A DNA stretch of 63,891 nt, counting the filler, from Collodictyon triciliatum (Eukaryota): assembly GCA_043381765.1 (NCBI GenBank). It is 12 parts of 11 records of this genome, joined end to end, with 100 filler letters (N's around TTAATTAATTAA, not from the genome) between each part and the next. Parts side by side here need not be neighbours in the genome. Positions count along the whole stretch, not along the records: positions 45,173 to 50,112 come from JBHJMP010005147.1; positions 50,213 to 55,708 come from JBHJMP010005147.1; positions 55,809 to 61,301 come from JBHJMP010005149.1; 9 more parts are not named here. The stretch is one strand, 5' to 3'. Made by a program: the position numbers and the translations under genes. The notes beneath the pieces were generated by a model. The model saw only the letters and a program-made list of their open reading frames with translations. It did no database searches and was not told the DNA's origin. Of this stretch, positions 47,689 to 58,547 are shown one piece after another (within the stretch, counting starts at the first letter, position 1; each line of letters starts with the position of its first letter).

Positions 47689-49700
47689 TTAATAGGTGTG
47701 CCGAATCCTCGGTCCTGCACAAAAGTTGAAAGGAAGAATAAAAAAAAAAAAAAAATAGGTGTGCCGAATATTCGCTCTGTAATTGGCCTGTAAGATTTGC
47801 GGCCAAATGCACCAGAGCTTAAAATATTGGGCGTCCCTTGCCGAGCCAAATGCACGTTTCTGGCCCCCGCCGTGGACGACGTAATTGAGCCCCTCGTGTC
47901 TGATGGAATATGCTGATTGGACAGGAATAATAATAGTACCGAGGTCAGAATTGAGGACTCTGCCCAGGTTTCGCTGGGGTAGAAAAGCGACATTTCTTAG
48001 TTTCTGGTCCGTGGGGTCTCCGTATTGTGGAGTGTATTTTAGAGGCCAATAACCTGCAGCCCGAGCTTGTTTTAGTTGGGCGTCTAAATCATTTCTAGTG
48101 TCTTCATCAATAGTATTATAATAAAATAAAGCAAGTTCTTTAGCTGCCTCGGGTTCTATGGACAAATCTACCCATTGAATACCTAATTCATTCATTTCAG
48201 TTTCAAATGTTTGTATGTCGTTTAATTCAGAACCGAAGACATTTATTGGCAGTCCAGTATTTAATCGGCCGTTTCGATTTCTCAAAGATATTTGTTTGGA
48301 GACTTCTTTGGCAAACTTGGTTTGATTTCCGAAATTGCGTTCAATTACTGGGCGCATAAAATTGTTGTTGAATATAGGATTGAAGTTGAAGCCTCCAAAG
48401 CCACCGCCTCCAAAGCCGCCAGGTGGTCCAGGTGGGCCTGGTTGTGGGGGGGGGGGGGCCTCCGCCAAGGCTTGGAGCTCTTCGAGGTACCCGCACTGGG
48501 GTACCCATACCAACATTTCCCGTTCCAAGGCTTACACCTCGTCGCGCGGGCCGTGGGCTATCAATTGGATTAAACATTGTATTGGGATTCATATTATTAC
48601 CACCGAAAATATTTTGACCAATAACATTTGTTGCAGCCTGGAAAATATTAGCACCCACATTAAAAACGTTGCCTGCGAGTGCCCTGACTGCAGCCATTCG
48701 ACCAGGAATGACGGGGGAGGAGCAATTTGTTGAACTGGACTTTGAGCAGGCACCATCGCACGTGGTGGGGACCCAGTAGGACTATCAGGTAATATCATAA
48801 TATTTGGATTGGGCTGTGACTCGGCTGGCAATGCTGGAAATTCTTGAAATTGCCAGAGACCTAGTGCTATTGGACTTGGAATTCCTTGAGATAAAGCCCT
48901 AGGTGTACTAACACGTCTTCTTGTTAGAGAACTTGGTTGAGAAATAGGTTGAGAACGGATAATTGATTGTGAAGGCGTTCTTGGCGTATCATCTGCAGGG
49001 TCATTAGTTGGAATTGTAGGGTACGCCGCATTATAATAAAACGTGGCTGTATCAGCAATTTGGTCTCGTTGATATTTTAATTGCTGAGCAAGATTTTGTA
49101 AATTTTCAATTGTTTGCTCTTGTTCTATTACAATAGGATTTTCTAAATTTAATAATGCATTTAAATTATCGACTTGGTTTCTTAATTCTTGTATTTCAAA
49201 ATTTTGTGTTTCAGGTGCTTGTAATAAAAGTTGCAAATTATAAACGTGGGTTTCCAATTCGTCTATCTTACGTGTTTTTTTTTCTTCAAACATTAATTTT
49301 CTTTTATTATTAAATTCCAGCTGATATTTAATAAGATTTTCTCTTCGTCTTTCTAATTCTTGAGTGTTTAAACTGCTTCTTCTTGAATTAGGTGTTCCTG
49401 GAGGTGGTTTTGGTGTTCTCGGAGTCCTTGTTGTCTTTGATAATTGAGATAATTGAGATAATTGAATGGATTCTGTATTAAATCCTACTGAATAATTTGC
49501 AGGTTTATTCCATTCAATGCATTTCGCTGTTCTTCTATTCTAGCCTGCTCATTACCCATTTGCACACCAAGTTCTTCAAGCTTTTTTTATACATTTCCTT
49601 TTCTTGTAAGAGTCCTGCTGCTAGGTCAGACGCAATATAAACAGTATTCTGTAGCTCAGAAATATACTCATTTTGTTCACCCAATGCAATATTTAATGTA
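47689..49700 (-). pseudogene. Large viral ORFan (coiled coil, Pro/Gly-rich linker, globular C-terminus) split by homopolymer frameshifts
   Basis: ORFs 48589-49293, 48341-48697 and 47689-48528 join at the C5 run (~48715) and the long G run (~48450). The frame extends upstream of 49293; intronless. Confidence 0.55.
47707..47753 (+). mobile_element. 47-bp LINE 3'-end stub with poly(A), flanked by the 16-bp TSD AATAGGTGTGCCGAAT (47691-47706 and 47754-47769)
   Basis: TCCTGCACAAAAGTTGAAAGGAAGAAT-An matches the LINE 3' termini near 39364 and 50531; perfect direct repeat. Confidence 0.88.
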
Positions 49701-49714
49701 TCAATTTGGTCATA

Positions 49715-50112
49715 TGAACAGACGGTATCCTATTCGGCCTACAGGATGGTGGAATCCTACCAGAAAACATCGACTAGAAATACCCAAACCACGCACTCAG
49801 ATATCTGGGTATAATGTTTGGGAGCGGCTGCACAGAAAAGTGGGACAAGCTGGTCAACAATATCAATTCCATAATCGCCTCTTGGAAAAGATTCCATCTT
49901 TCAGACATCGGAAAAGCGAGGCTATGGAACCAACTCATGCTATCGACCCTCATCCACAACATGAAGGGCTCTCACCTGCCACAAAAGCATCTAGACACAC
50001 TGGAGAGCATATGCCGCACCTTCATCACAACAAAGAGACAGCAATACAAAATCAAAACACTGATTAAGCCACCCACAGAGGGAGGCGTTGGACTCATCAC
50101 ACCCAAAACCGC
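49715..50112 (+). mobile_element. 5'-truncated LINE ORF2 (RT C-terminal/thumb region) abutting or inserted in the viral ORFan
   Basis: TDGILFG..LPENID*KYPNHALRYLGIMFG..WDKLVNNINSIIASWKRFHLSDIGKARLWNQLMLS..PPTEGGVG: the YLG and W...LS..GK motifs of L1/Tx1-type RTs. Confidence 0.82.
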
Positions 50113-50212
50113 NNNNNNNNNNNNNNNNNNNNNNNNNNNNNNNNNNNNNNNNNNNNTTAATTAATTAANNNNNNNNNNNNNNNNNNNNNNNNNNNNNNNN
50201 NNNNNNNNNNNN

Positions 50213-50560
50213 CACGCAAAGCAAGACTCAACAACCAGCCACCCATTCCTGATAACAGGCTGGATGACATCATACAAATCTCTTTCCTCAACAGCTTTCT
50301 TCGCCACCTGCACGTTCTCTACTACTCAGACCCTGTGAGAAGAGACATGCGAAAAGAAGCTGAGAAGGACATTAAACCTCGCCTTGTGTCTCTCATGCAA
50401 GCACAAGACCCAGGCTACAGGCCAAAGCGCAGGATGCAATTGCTGATTACCGACTACTTCTCCGCCACCTGCCACCAAGTAGCGTTCATGCAAACGACGG
50501 GTTAGCGAACCAAAGCCAACATCTCCACCATCTTGCACAAAATTGAAAGGAATAATTAAA
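50213..50560 (+). mobile_element. LINE ORF2 C-terminus and 3' UTR
   Basis: Open frame RKARLNNQPP...QTTG* followed by the same 3' end as the 39140 copy. Confidence 0.78.
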
Positions 50561-51224
50561 AATTGATTCTCACTTCATCCAGCGTGGCGCATATTATATA
50601 AGGGATTGCTTGTCAAAGAGACAGAAGATGCAAGAAAACGCGAGGTTGTTTGTCCTCGAATTAGACAACCTAATATAGAAAAAAAGACAAGGAAACGCAG
50701 AACAGACAACCGCATAAGAAATCTCGAAACTTCCACATAAAGGATAACCGAAACCGTTGCGGTTGATCATTTTAATGCGATGATCAAAAACATATTTGAA
50801 CTTGAATCGTGTACTTTCCCGTCAGTAGCAATCACGATGGAACACCAACAAAGATCGAAAGACTCAAATATCTCACATCTGCGAAATCCTTACGTACGCA
50901 AACCACTGTTTCCAAAAGCTGAGAGATTACATCACAACTGCTATTAAGTGCTGCTCAACTTTAAACTGTGTTGAACTATAGAGCGAGTCACTCGACTCGT
51001 TGTTTTCCCAAAGTAAATGGGGTCGAAACTTCACAAGCACCGGACCAAAAACTGAGTCTTTTCTTTTCTTTTTTCTTCTTACAGTTCTTAGCGAGCCTCA
51101 AAGACTATCTTTGCGCAGTCACCGATCTACGATAGAATATATCCCCAGTGACAAACGCGAACCATCCGCAGAGCCAGAAAATCATCGCCAGCAAGTTTGA
51201 ACAAAACAAAAAAAAGGGGGAACA

Positions 51225-52935
51225 ATGACAAGCCGATACGCAACACAGCTTACAATTCCAAAGGACTTTCCGGCCATTGTGAAGGAATTCACTCGCGAAG
51301 TTCTTCGCCACCAACCTGAAGACATCTATGAATTCGGTGCCAAGTACTTTGCTGGGGAGATCGCTCCACCTTCCTCAAAGACAACAGCAAGTTAGTCTTC
51401 ATGAAGTACTCATATCCAACACTTTTTTTATATCTTTATTCACGCGGGTTGGAATTGTTAACTCATGCTTCAACCTTTTCTTTTTCTATTTTGAAGTGAT
51501 TTTCAAGAGGTTCACACCATTGACTACAATGCTGAAGTTTATAAAAATGGGCCTTGCGTGATATTCTTATAGGCTCGTCCGCAGCTCGATCGAAAGCAAG
51601 CGACCCTCGCGTGCCTTTCTCTCGGAAGCAGATTGATGCACTTCGCCACAAGACTCGCTGTAAGTATCGATGATAATCTAATGAAAAGGGCAGAGGAATC
51701 CCTTTAATATTGGCAAAGAATTATTGGTGGTGGGAAAGTGATTGATGGGATTTGAGATATTCTTCATGGAGATATGTATGATATGATATTCACTCGTAAT
51801 GGGGTCGCTTGTTACGTTTTTGCAGTTGATGAGTTTGAATTGAGCGACGTGGTGGATCAATTCCGTGATGTTGCCGTTGATGGGACAGTGGATCGTGACG
51901 GTTTCTACAAAGTCCTGCGTCCGATAGCCGATGCCAACTTCAACCTGTTCGAGGGAATCTACAGGGTAATTCAACCTATTCTCCTATTAACCCGATGCAT
52001 AGAATATGTGGCGCGTGTCTTGCCACATTGAAATTAACCTTACACAATCATGTTCTTATCTTCGTGTACCTTCATGGTAGTTCTTTGATCGAAATGGGGA
52101 CGGAATATTGAACATGGATGAGTTTGTGGTTGGCATGAGTATATTGTTCCGTGGGACCCCTGAAGAAAAACTGAAGTGTATGCATTGCTTTCTCTGAAAG
52201 GAACAATGAAACAAATACGATCTATGAGAGTTATAATCTAGCTTTATCTCGGTGTGCAAATGATTTATTCTTGACGAGCGTAATATACTTGCGAATATAG
52301 TGAGTTTCCAGACTTTCGACTCTAATGGCAACGGCTCTATCTCTCGAGCAGAGTTGAAACGTGCGTTGAAGTTCCAGCTTTCTTGGGGCATGCAACTCAT
52401 CATGATGCTAATCAGCTCGCTGAGCGAGGAAGAGTTTCGGTCCATCATGGTTAGTGGTTGCTTTCATTCTGGTTTCGATTTTCTATCCTTTAGGCATTTT
52501 ATTCTTAACCCACAATTACTCGTTTAAGACTTTATGCATCATTCGTATCTAGCTCTATCAGACAGAACGTATTATACCTGTCGAATGCGCTACTAATGAA
52601 AAAGAACATAAAAGGGTTCCAGCAAATCTGAGTACAATGCGTCTGTCCGAACTCTCTCTGACGGGGACGCAGCTGCGGAACATTGGACACAGGACATCTT
52701 CACCAGATACGACAAAGACCGCAACCAAAGTATTACATTTGAAGAATTCAAGGCTTGGGCGACAGAGGTATGTGAAATACCACCTTTACTTGCTTCTTTC
52801 CATTTTCTGAGTGATAAATTGTTTTCTTATTCGTCTCTCTCCATGAAGGACCCAACAATTGGCGATATTTTGCTTGGTTTGGATGTAAGTGCGGTTATCC
52901 CTGGTGGAGCACAGAAGAGACGCAGCGACCGATAA
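51225..52935 (+). CDS. RIIa dimerization/docking domain + NCS/frequenin-type EF-hand protein, 7 exons
   Basis: IPKDFPAIVKEFTREVLRHQPEDIYEFGAKYF (RIIa); FDRNGDGILNMDEFVVGMSILFRGTPEEKLK/LSFQTFDSNGNGSISRAE and IFTRYDKDRNQSITFEEF (EF-hands). Confidence 0.88.
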
Positions 52936-53369
52936 ATAAATGATGGCTGTCCTGATTTCATCTGTCGCTTATGTGTTGACTTGTCCTGGAGTGTTTCTTT
53001 CAGTCTAGAGGAAGTCAAAGTTCCTGATTACATATTTTAACCAATATAATTCCAAACACGCACGAACACATAATATGTGTCTCTTTGGGGGGAAAGTAGT
53101 GGTACTTGCAGATGATGCTCTAGGATTGCGATTAGTGAGGCAGTAAGTCTTTAGAGTTAGTATTCATCGTGTGAATACATCAACAGTTTTATTCTTTTGT
53201 TTGGCTATGTATCATGTGCTATCGAAACAAAACGTGCTAGTTAAGAGGGGGAACCCAACCCAGCAATATAGAGTCCTTCAAGCATCAATCACCGAAAACG
53301 TGGCCTCCTCCATTATATAGATATGTAAATCTTGTGTGTGTGTTATGCTGCGACGCCGCTTATTCCGAT

Positions 53370-55524
53370 TCAGAACTTTCCTTCAGACCGAAGGAAAGCA
53401 ATCGTCTCTGCAATGCCGACGTCGATGCTAACTTCGTCATTGTAGCCCAGTTCGGTGCGGGCTTTTGTGGAATCCACCACGAATCGATGAGACATCAGAT
53501 CGGCGGACTCTGGAGTAAGGTCAGGCTCGGCATAGGTGAACCTGCGAGTCATGGGATGGTTATTGCGGTGAAACTCGCCTCGATTGATGCAATGGACATG
53601 ATTTGCATTTCTGCCTCCATTGTTGGAAAGCTCAGGTTTAATCATCAGGGATGAAAGCACTGAAGCATATAGAATCACAGTACTTGTGAGATGAAAGAAA
53701 TGCGGTGGGTTGAACTCTCACCAGGAGATGAAGCTTTTGATGGAGCCGACCGTGCGCAACAAGAAGTCTGAAAGGATTCGGGGCTCAAAGTCCTGGTTAT
53801 CAGCCTTTGCGATTTTGCGGACAAAGTCTGCCATAGTGACATAAGGGCCTGGTAGATTCAGCGGCTGTTGGTCAGTAAAAAAAAAAAATGGTACCACGAG
53901 GTTGTAAAAGTATGAATAAAAAAAATAATCTGTTATAAACAAAGGGATTGACAAGGAGCAATTGCATATTCCCAATTAGAAAGTAGAGAGAGACAGGACG
54001 ATGGCATTGAGTAAATCAGAGCATGGTGATTGCGCCCTCATCCACTGCTGCCTGAATGTATCCTTCTTCTGGCGTTGTGAATTACCTCCAAGCAAGTAGT
54101 TTTCTCCGCACCTACCCTTGTCTACTGCTTCAATGTGAGCGCGGGCCACTTCTCCTCCATTACAAAAGCTTCCTGCTCCGCTCCCAATCCCGGGCAAGAC
54201 TCTCTCGTGGACTTTCATGAACAATTTTGCCCACGATTGAGAGTCATAGTTTCCTACGAAATATACAAATGTATATCAGTATATAAAGCATTATGCGGGA
54301 AGAAAACTAACGCCATTGAGAAAAAAAAAAAACAAGAGGGATTCTCTAGAATTGAAATCAAAATGCAACACGCGAAACCGAATGAAAGTCCATACGCACC
54401 AACAATATGACTTGGATTGAGAATCACGGCCCAAAGTCCATTGCGAACGCCTTTCAGAACTTCCTCCTCAGAAAGATGCTTCGTTCGGTGGTAGTTGACC
54501 CAGTAGAGATATCCTTGCTTCGGGTCTGTTTCCACAATGGGCTTCGAGTCGGACGGTGTAGCATAAGCTATTGAAATGAAAGAAACCAATATTAACAATA
54601 TTTTTTATGGATAAGATATAGGCCATTNNNNNNNNNNNNNNNNNNNNNNNNNNNNNNNNNNNNNNNNNNNNNNNNNNNNNNNNNNNNNNNNNNNNNNNNN
54701 NNNNNNNNNNNNNNNNNNNNNNNNNNNNNNNNNNNNNNNNNNNNNNNNNNNNNNNNNNNNNNNNNNNNNNNNNNNNNNNNNNNNNNNNNNNNNNNNNNNN
54801 NNNNNNNNNNNNNNNNNNNNNNNNNNNNNNNNNNNNNNNNNNNNNNNNNNNNNNNNNNNNNNNNNNNNNNNNNNNNNNNNNNNNNNNNNNNNNNNNNNNN
54901 NNNNNNNNNNNNNNNNNNNNNNNNNNNNNNNNNNNNNNNNNNNNNNNNNNNNNNNNNNNNNNNNNNNNNNNNNNNNNNNNNNNNNNNNNNNNNNNNNNNN
55001 NNNNNNNNNNNNNNNNNNNNNNNNNNNNNNNNNNNNNNNNNNNNNNNNNNNNNNNNNNNNNNNNNNNNNNNNNNNNNNNNNNNNNNNATAGTATTACATT
55101 ACTTTCGACGTAATGGGAAAAAAAGCAAAAGAACAAGAGCAAACAAACAATAGAACATGAACATAGAAAAACAGGAGAAGAGAACAGAAATGGATTTCCT
55201 GACTCTGGCAGACACACGAGCCCTACTCACTTGCTGCTCATTGCCGCCCCACCATAGATTTGTGTCGGCAGCGACATTGAAGACCACATCGACCTGCTCA
55301 GGAATCGTGGCACGAAGAGAGTCTATGTCGGTCACATCCCCGACGGCGTGGCTCAATGACCCCGGATGTCCTGCCCGAGCCATCTTGTCGAGATGCTTCG
55401 TATTCGAGGTTTTTCGGTGGAAGGCAATCACATTCCACCCGCGCTTGAGAAGCTGCTCGACAAGATTCATCCCCAGAAAGCCGGTCGACCCAGTCACGAA
55501 CCCAGTTCTTGTTTCTGTGGACAT
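53370..55524 (-). CDS. NAD-dependent epimerase/dehydratase (extended SDR, HpnA/dihydroflavonol reductase-like); spans the assembly gap 54628-55087
   Basis: FVTGSTGFLG, GDVTD, VFNVAA, NYHRTK (YxxxK), VILNPSHIVG, VARAHIEA..KGRCGENYLLG, STKARTELGY. Confidence 0.88.
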
Positions 55525-55808
55525 ATTCTTCTATGCCTTGCGCCTTTGTCTTTCTGTATATTTGTTTTGTTTTGTTTTGTTTTGTTTTGTTTTGTTTTGT
55601 TTTGTTTTGTTTTGTTTTGTTTTGTTTTGTTTTGTTTTGTTTTGTTTTGTTTTGTTTTGTTATGTTATGTTATGTTATGTTATGTTATGTTATGTTATGT
55701 TATGTTATNNNNNNNNNNNNNNNNNNNNNNNNNNNNNNNNNNNNNNNNNNNNTTAATTAATTAANNNNNNNNNNNNNNNNNNNNNNNNNNNNNNNNNNNN
55801 NNNNNNNN

Positions 55809-55908
55809 ATATAATCTATACCAATATAATCTATACCAATATAATCTATACCAATATAATCTATACCAATATAATCTATACCAATATAATCTATACCAAT
55901 ATAATCTC
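55809..55908. repeat. 15-bp tandem repeat (ATATAATCTATACCA)n at the contig start
   Basis: Directly visible. Confidence 0.92.
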
Positions 55909-56010
55909 ATATAAATTATTTCTGATGCCGTTTGGCTTTTGCCATTCCCCAAATCATGATCAACGAAGCAAAAACACACGCATCACAGCCAAAGCGCAAG
56001 CATACGAGCA

Positions 56011-57122
56011 ATGTCTCTACAGTCCCGAGCGCGAGTCCAGCCACAGCCGCAGCCGCCTCTTTTACCCCTGCACAAAACCCGCGACTCGGTCAGCCGCGAT
56101 CGATCACAAACGCACAAGGATCATGGCGTGCCGCAGCCACCAAAGCCGAGGGACTCCAACAAAGACACACTTCTCACCGAGATCGATCAGTTGTGGGCAC
56201 ATCCAGTTGCAGAGTCTGCGCGGCTGAGCGAAACAGCTCGCCGAGAAAACATGCGCGTGGCACAGGCATTGCGTGCTTTGGACTCTGCTTCTCAATCCCA
56301 GTCTGCACGGGCGACCATCGAAGCCTGCGAGGAGCGGTCACGCATACACGAACAGCAGTTTGATTCGCTGTGCAACGAAATCGATGAGATGCTTGGTGAG
56401 TCTGCTTCTCGCTTTAGTTTTGTGCAGCCTGCTCCTTTCTTTGAATGCTTGTCTGCTATGTATGCGTGTTTTGTGTGGAAAAGAATCAGACTTGTGAAGA
56501 TTTATTGAAGAAAGGACTCACATTCTAAATTCAGGGCAGCACTATGGAATGTCGCAGCCTTCATTGCCGCAGTTGCAGACAGCTCCACTGCCTTCAACAA
56601 ACCTCCCACTCAAGAAAAGTTTGTTTTTACTTTTGTTTTATAATGGAAAGTATTTCGGACTATTTCTTTGGTAATAGCATGTTCTTGTAAAGTTTGGGTT
56701 CTGTATAGATGCTGTATGCCCATAATTCATTTTTACATGAATTGAAATCATGGTTTAATTGGTGTTGGCTTCTATTATGAATGAATGAATGACAATTTTG
56801 TGAAAATAATAAACACAAATATGTATTTCATAGTTGTTTCCGCCTCACCTGCAGTACCACCTTCCACAAAGCATTTTTCGGCTAGGTCACCTGTAAATGA
56901 AGGGATGTATTCTGTTTATGGTGGCAATTCGACCTCAAACCTTAGGCCATCCTCACAAACAATATACGACAAGATTCAAAAATACAGAGCGAATCCTGAT
57001 GAAAGGAAACAATTGAAGGAGCGAGTAGGTACGAACACCAAAACACATTTGGTTTTTTTTTCATAAACCTTACAAATTTAACATAGAATATTGGTTTTTT
57101 CTCCGCTTATCATATGTCGTGC

Positions 57123-57186
<64 letters not shown>

Positions 57187-57951
57187 GTTATTGTTATCGC
57201 AATTAATAGGGTAACAGTCTTAAGTGAAGTTATCCTCGTGTATCAAATTTTCTTGCCATTCTTAATTATTTGTATGTAATAGATCGCTATGTTGAGGAAA
57301 GAAAAGAAAAGGAAAGGCGCCAGACGAAATTCAAGAATTTTCGTGAATTTAACAAATACTCCATATTTTATATGAACCCCGCTATCCATGAGACTGAAAT
57401 AAAAGCTCGAGTATGTTATCATTCATTTTAAAATTACAAATCAGTGACAGATACATATTGTTTCTTATTCATAGAAAGAATAGACAGAAGAAGTTGTTAA
57501 GTATTTGATAAATTGGAAATAAGGTGCCGCACCTTCAGGTATTACATACTTAGACATCCACATATTTTACTTTGAAGGCCCAAGAAAGGGACGAACACGC
57601 CCAAAGAGTGGCCGAATCCCGGAAGGACATAGAAGTGGCAGCTTTTCGTAGAAAGATGACCAAAATTGATGTTGGTTTTAGCTATACTACATATGCATCC
57701 CTCCTGATTGTCAACGAAATTATTGCCAAATAAATCACTTTTTTTTTCAATCGTCATAGTTGAAAAACGCAAATGCAGACCCCTCAAGCAAGAGAATACC
57801 CACTCCTCCAATCACACCACGTATAAAGTCATCAACCCATAGGGATACCATCTCATCAAGTAGTAATCATAGTATCTCAACCCTAAGCAGCCAGCCAAAC
57901 CCCATCAGCCGTTCGCGAAGCACTCCAGCTTCAGCGCGGTCACACTCGTGA
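56011..57951 (+). CDS. Hypothetical multi-exon protein with coiled-coil segments
   Basis: Long first exon ending at a GTGAGT donor (56396), then further exons with GT-AG boundaries; no recognisable domain. Confidence 0.5.
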
Positions 57952-58547
57952 ACCGTGCTCCCTAATTTCAAAATATTTGTACAGGATAAGATGAAATTGA
58001 AACTCCAACATCGCAATATTCCCCTATAAATTCCAATAAAAAATTTTTTATAATGCACTCACGCGCTTATGCATACCTCATCCGATTAAGAACCGAAATC
58101 CTGTACTTTCTGGATAATTTTTGAGATAATCCCGACCCATTTTTGCTACTGTCAGGCTTTTCTTTTGTTACCATAATGCAGCCTCCAAGCTCATGTCCAC
58201 TACATTTTATTTGGTGGTATTATGAGCTGTGCACACATCTGCACTTAACATCATCTTGGGCGCCGTAGGGGTTTCCAGCTCGCTCTTTTGTTTGGTTGGC
58301 GGCGCGGTTATCCAGATGTGACATGAAAAAGTAGCATAAATTCCAGTAATAGTATCCAAATCTGGGATTTAATTTGTTCGGATTTTTTTGTAATCAGTTT
58401 GGGTTGCAGGCCTTTTGATTCGGTGGGGAGGGTTGGATTCGCCCAGCAGCCGCAACAGTTTCGCCACCGCGCGAGTGCTCACACAATAGATTACCCAGCG
58501 ATGTTGGAAAGAAACCAAAGCTAGCATCAAACTCCCACTTATGCAGG

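Larger units (their letters stand above)
45173..49700. mobile_element. Endogenous Polinton-like virus/virophage-like element fragment (degraded)
   Basis: Intronless, tightly packed genes unlike all host contigs: penton-like gene, fibre-like gene and a convergent ORFan. MCP, packaging ATPase, integrase and TIRs are not in this contig. Confidence 0.68.

Noticed and set aside
49715-50560. One continuous LINE across 50113-50212
   Set aside because: The two pieces are separated by an artificial linker; contigs simply tend to break in this repeat family.
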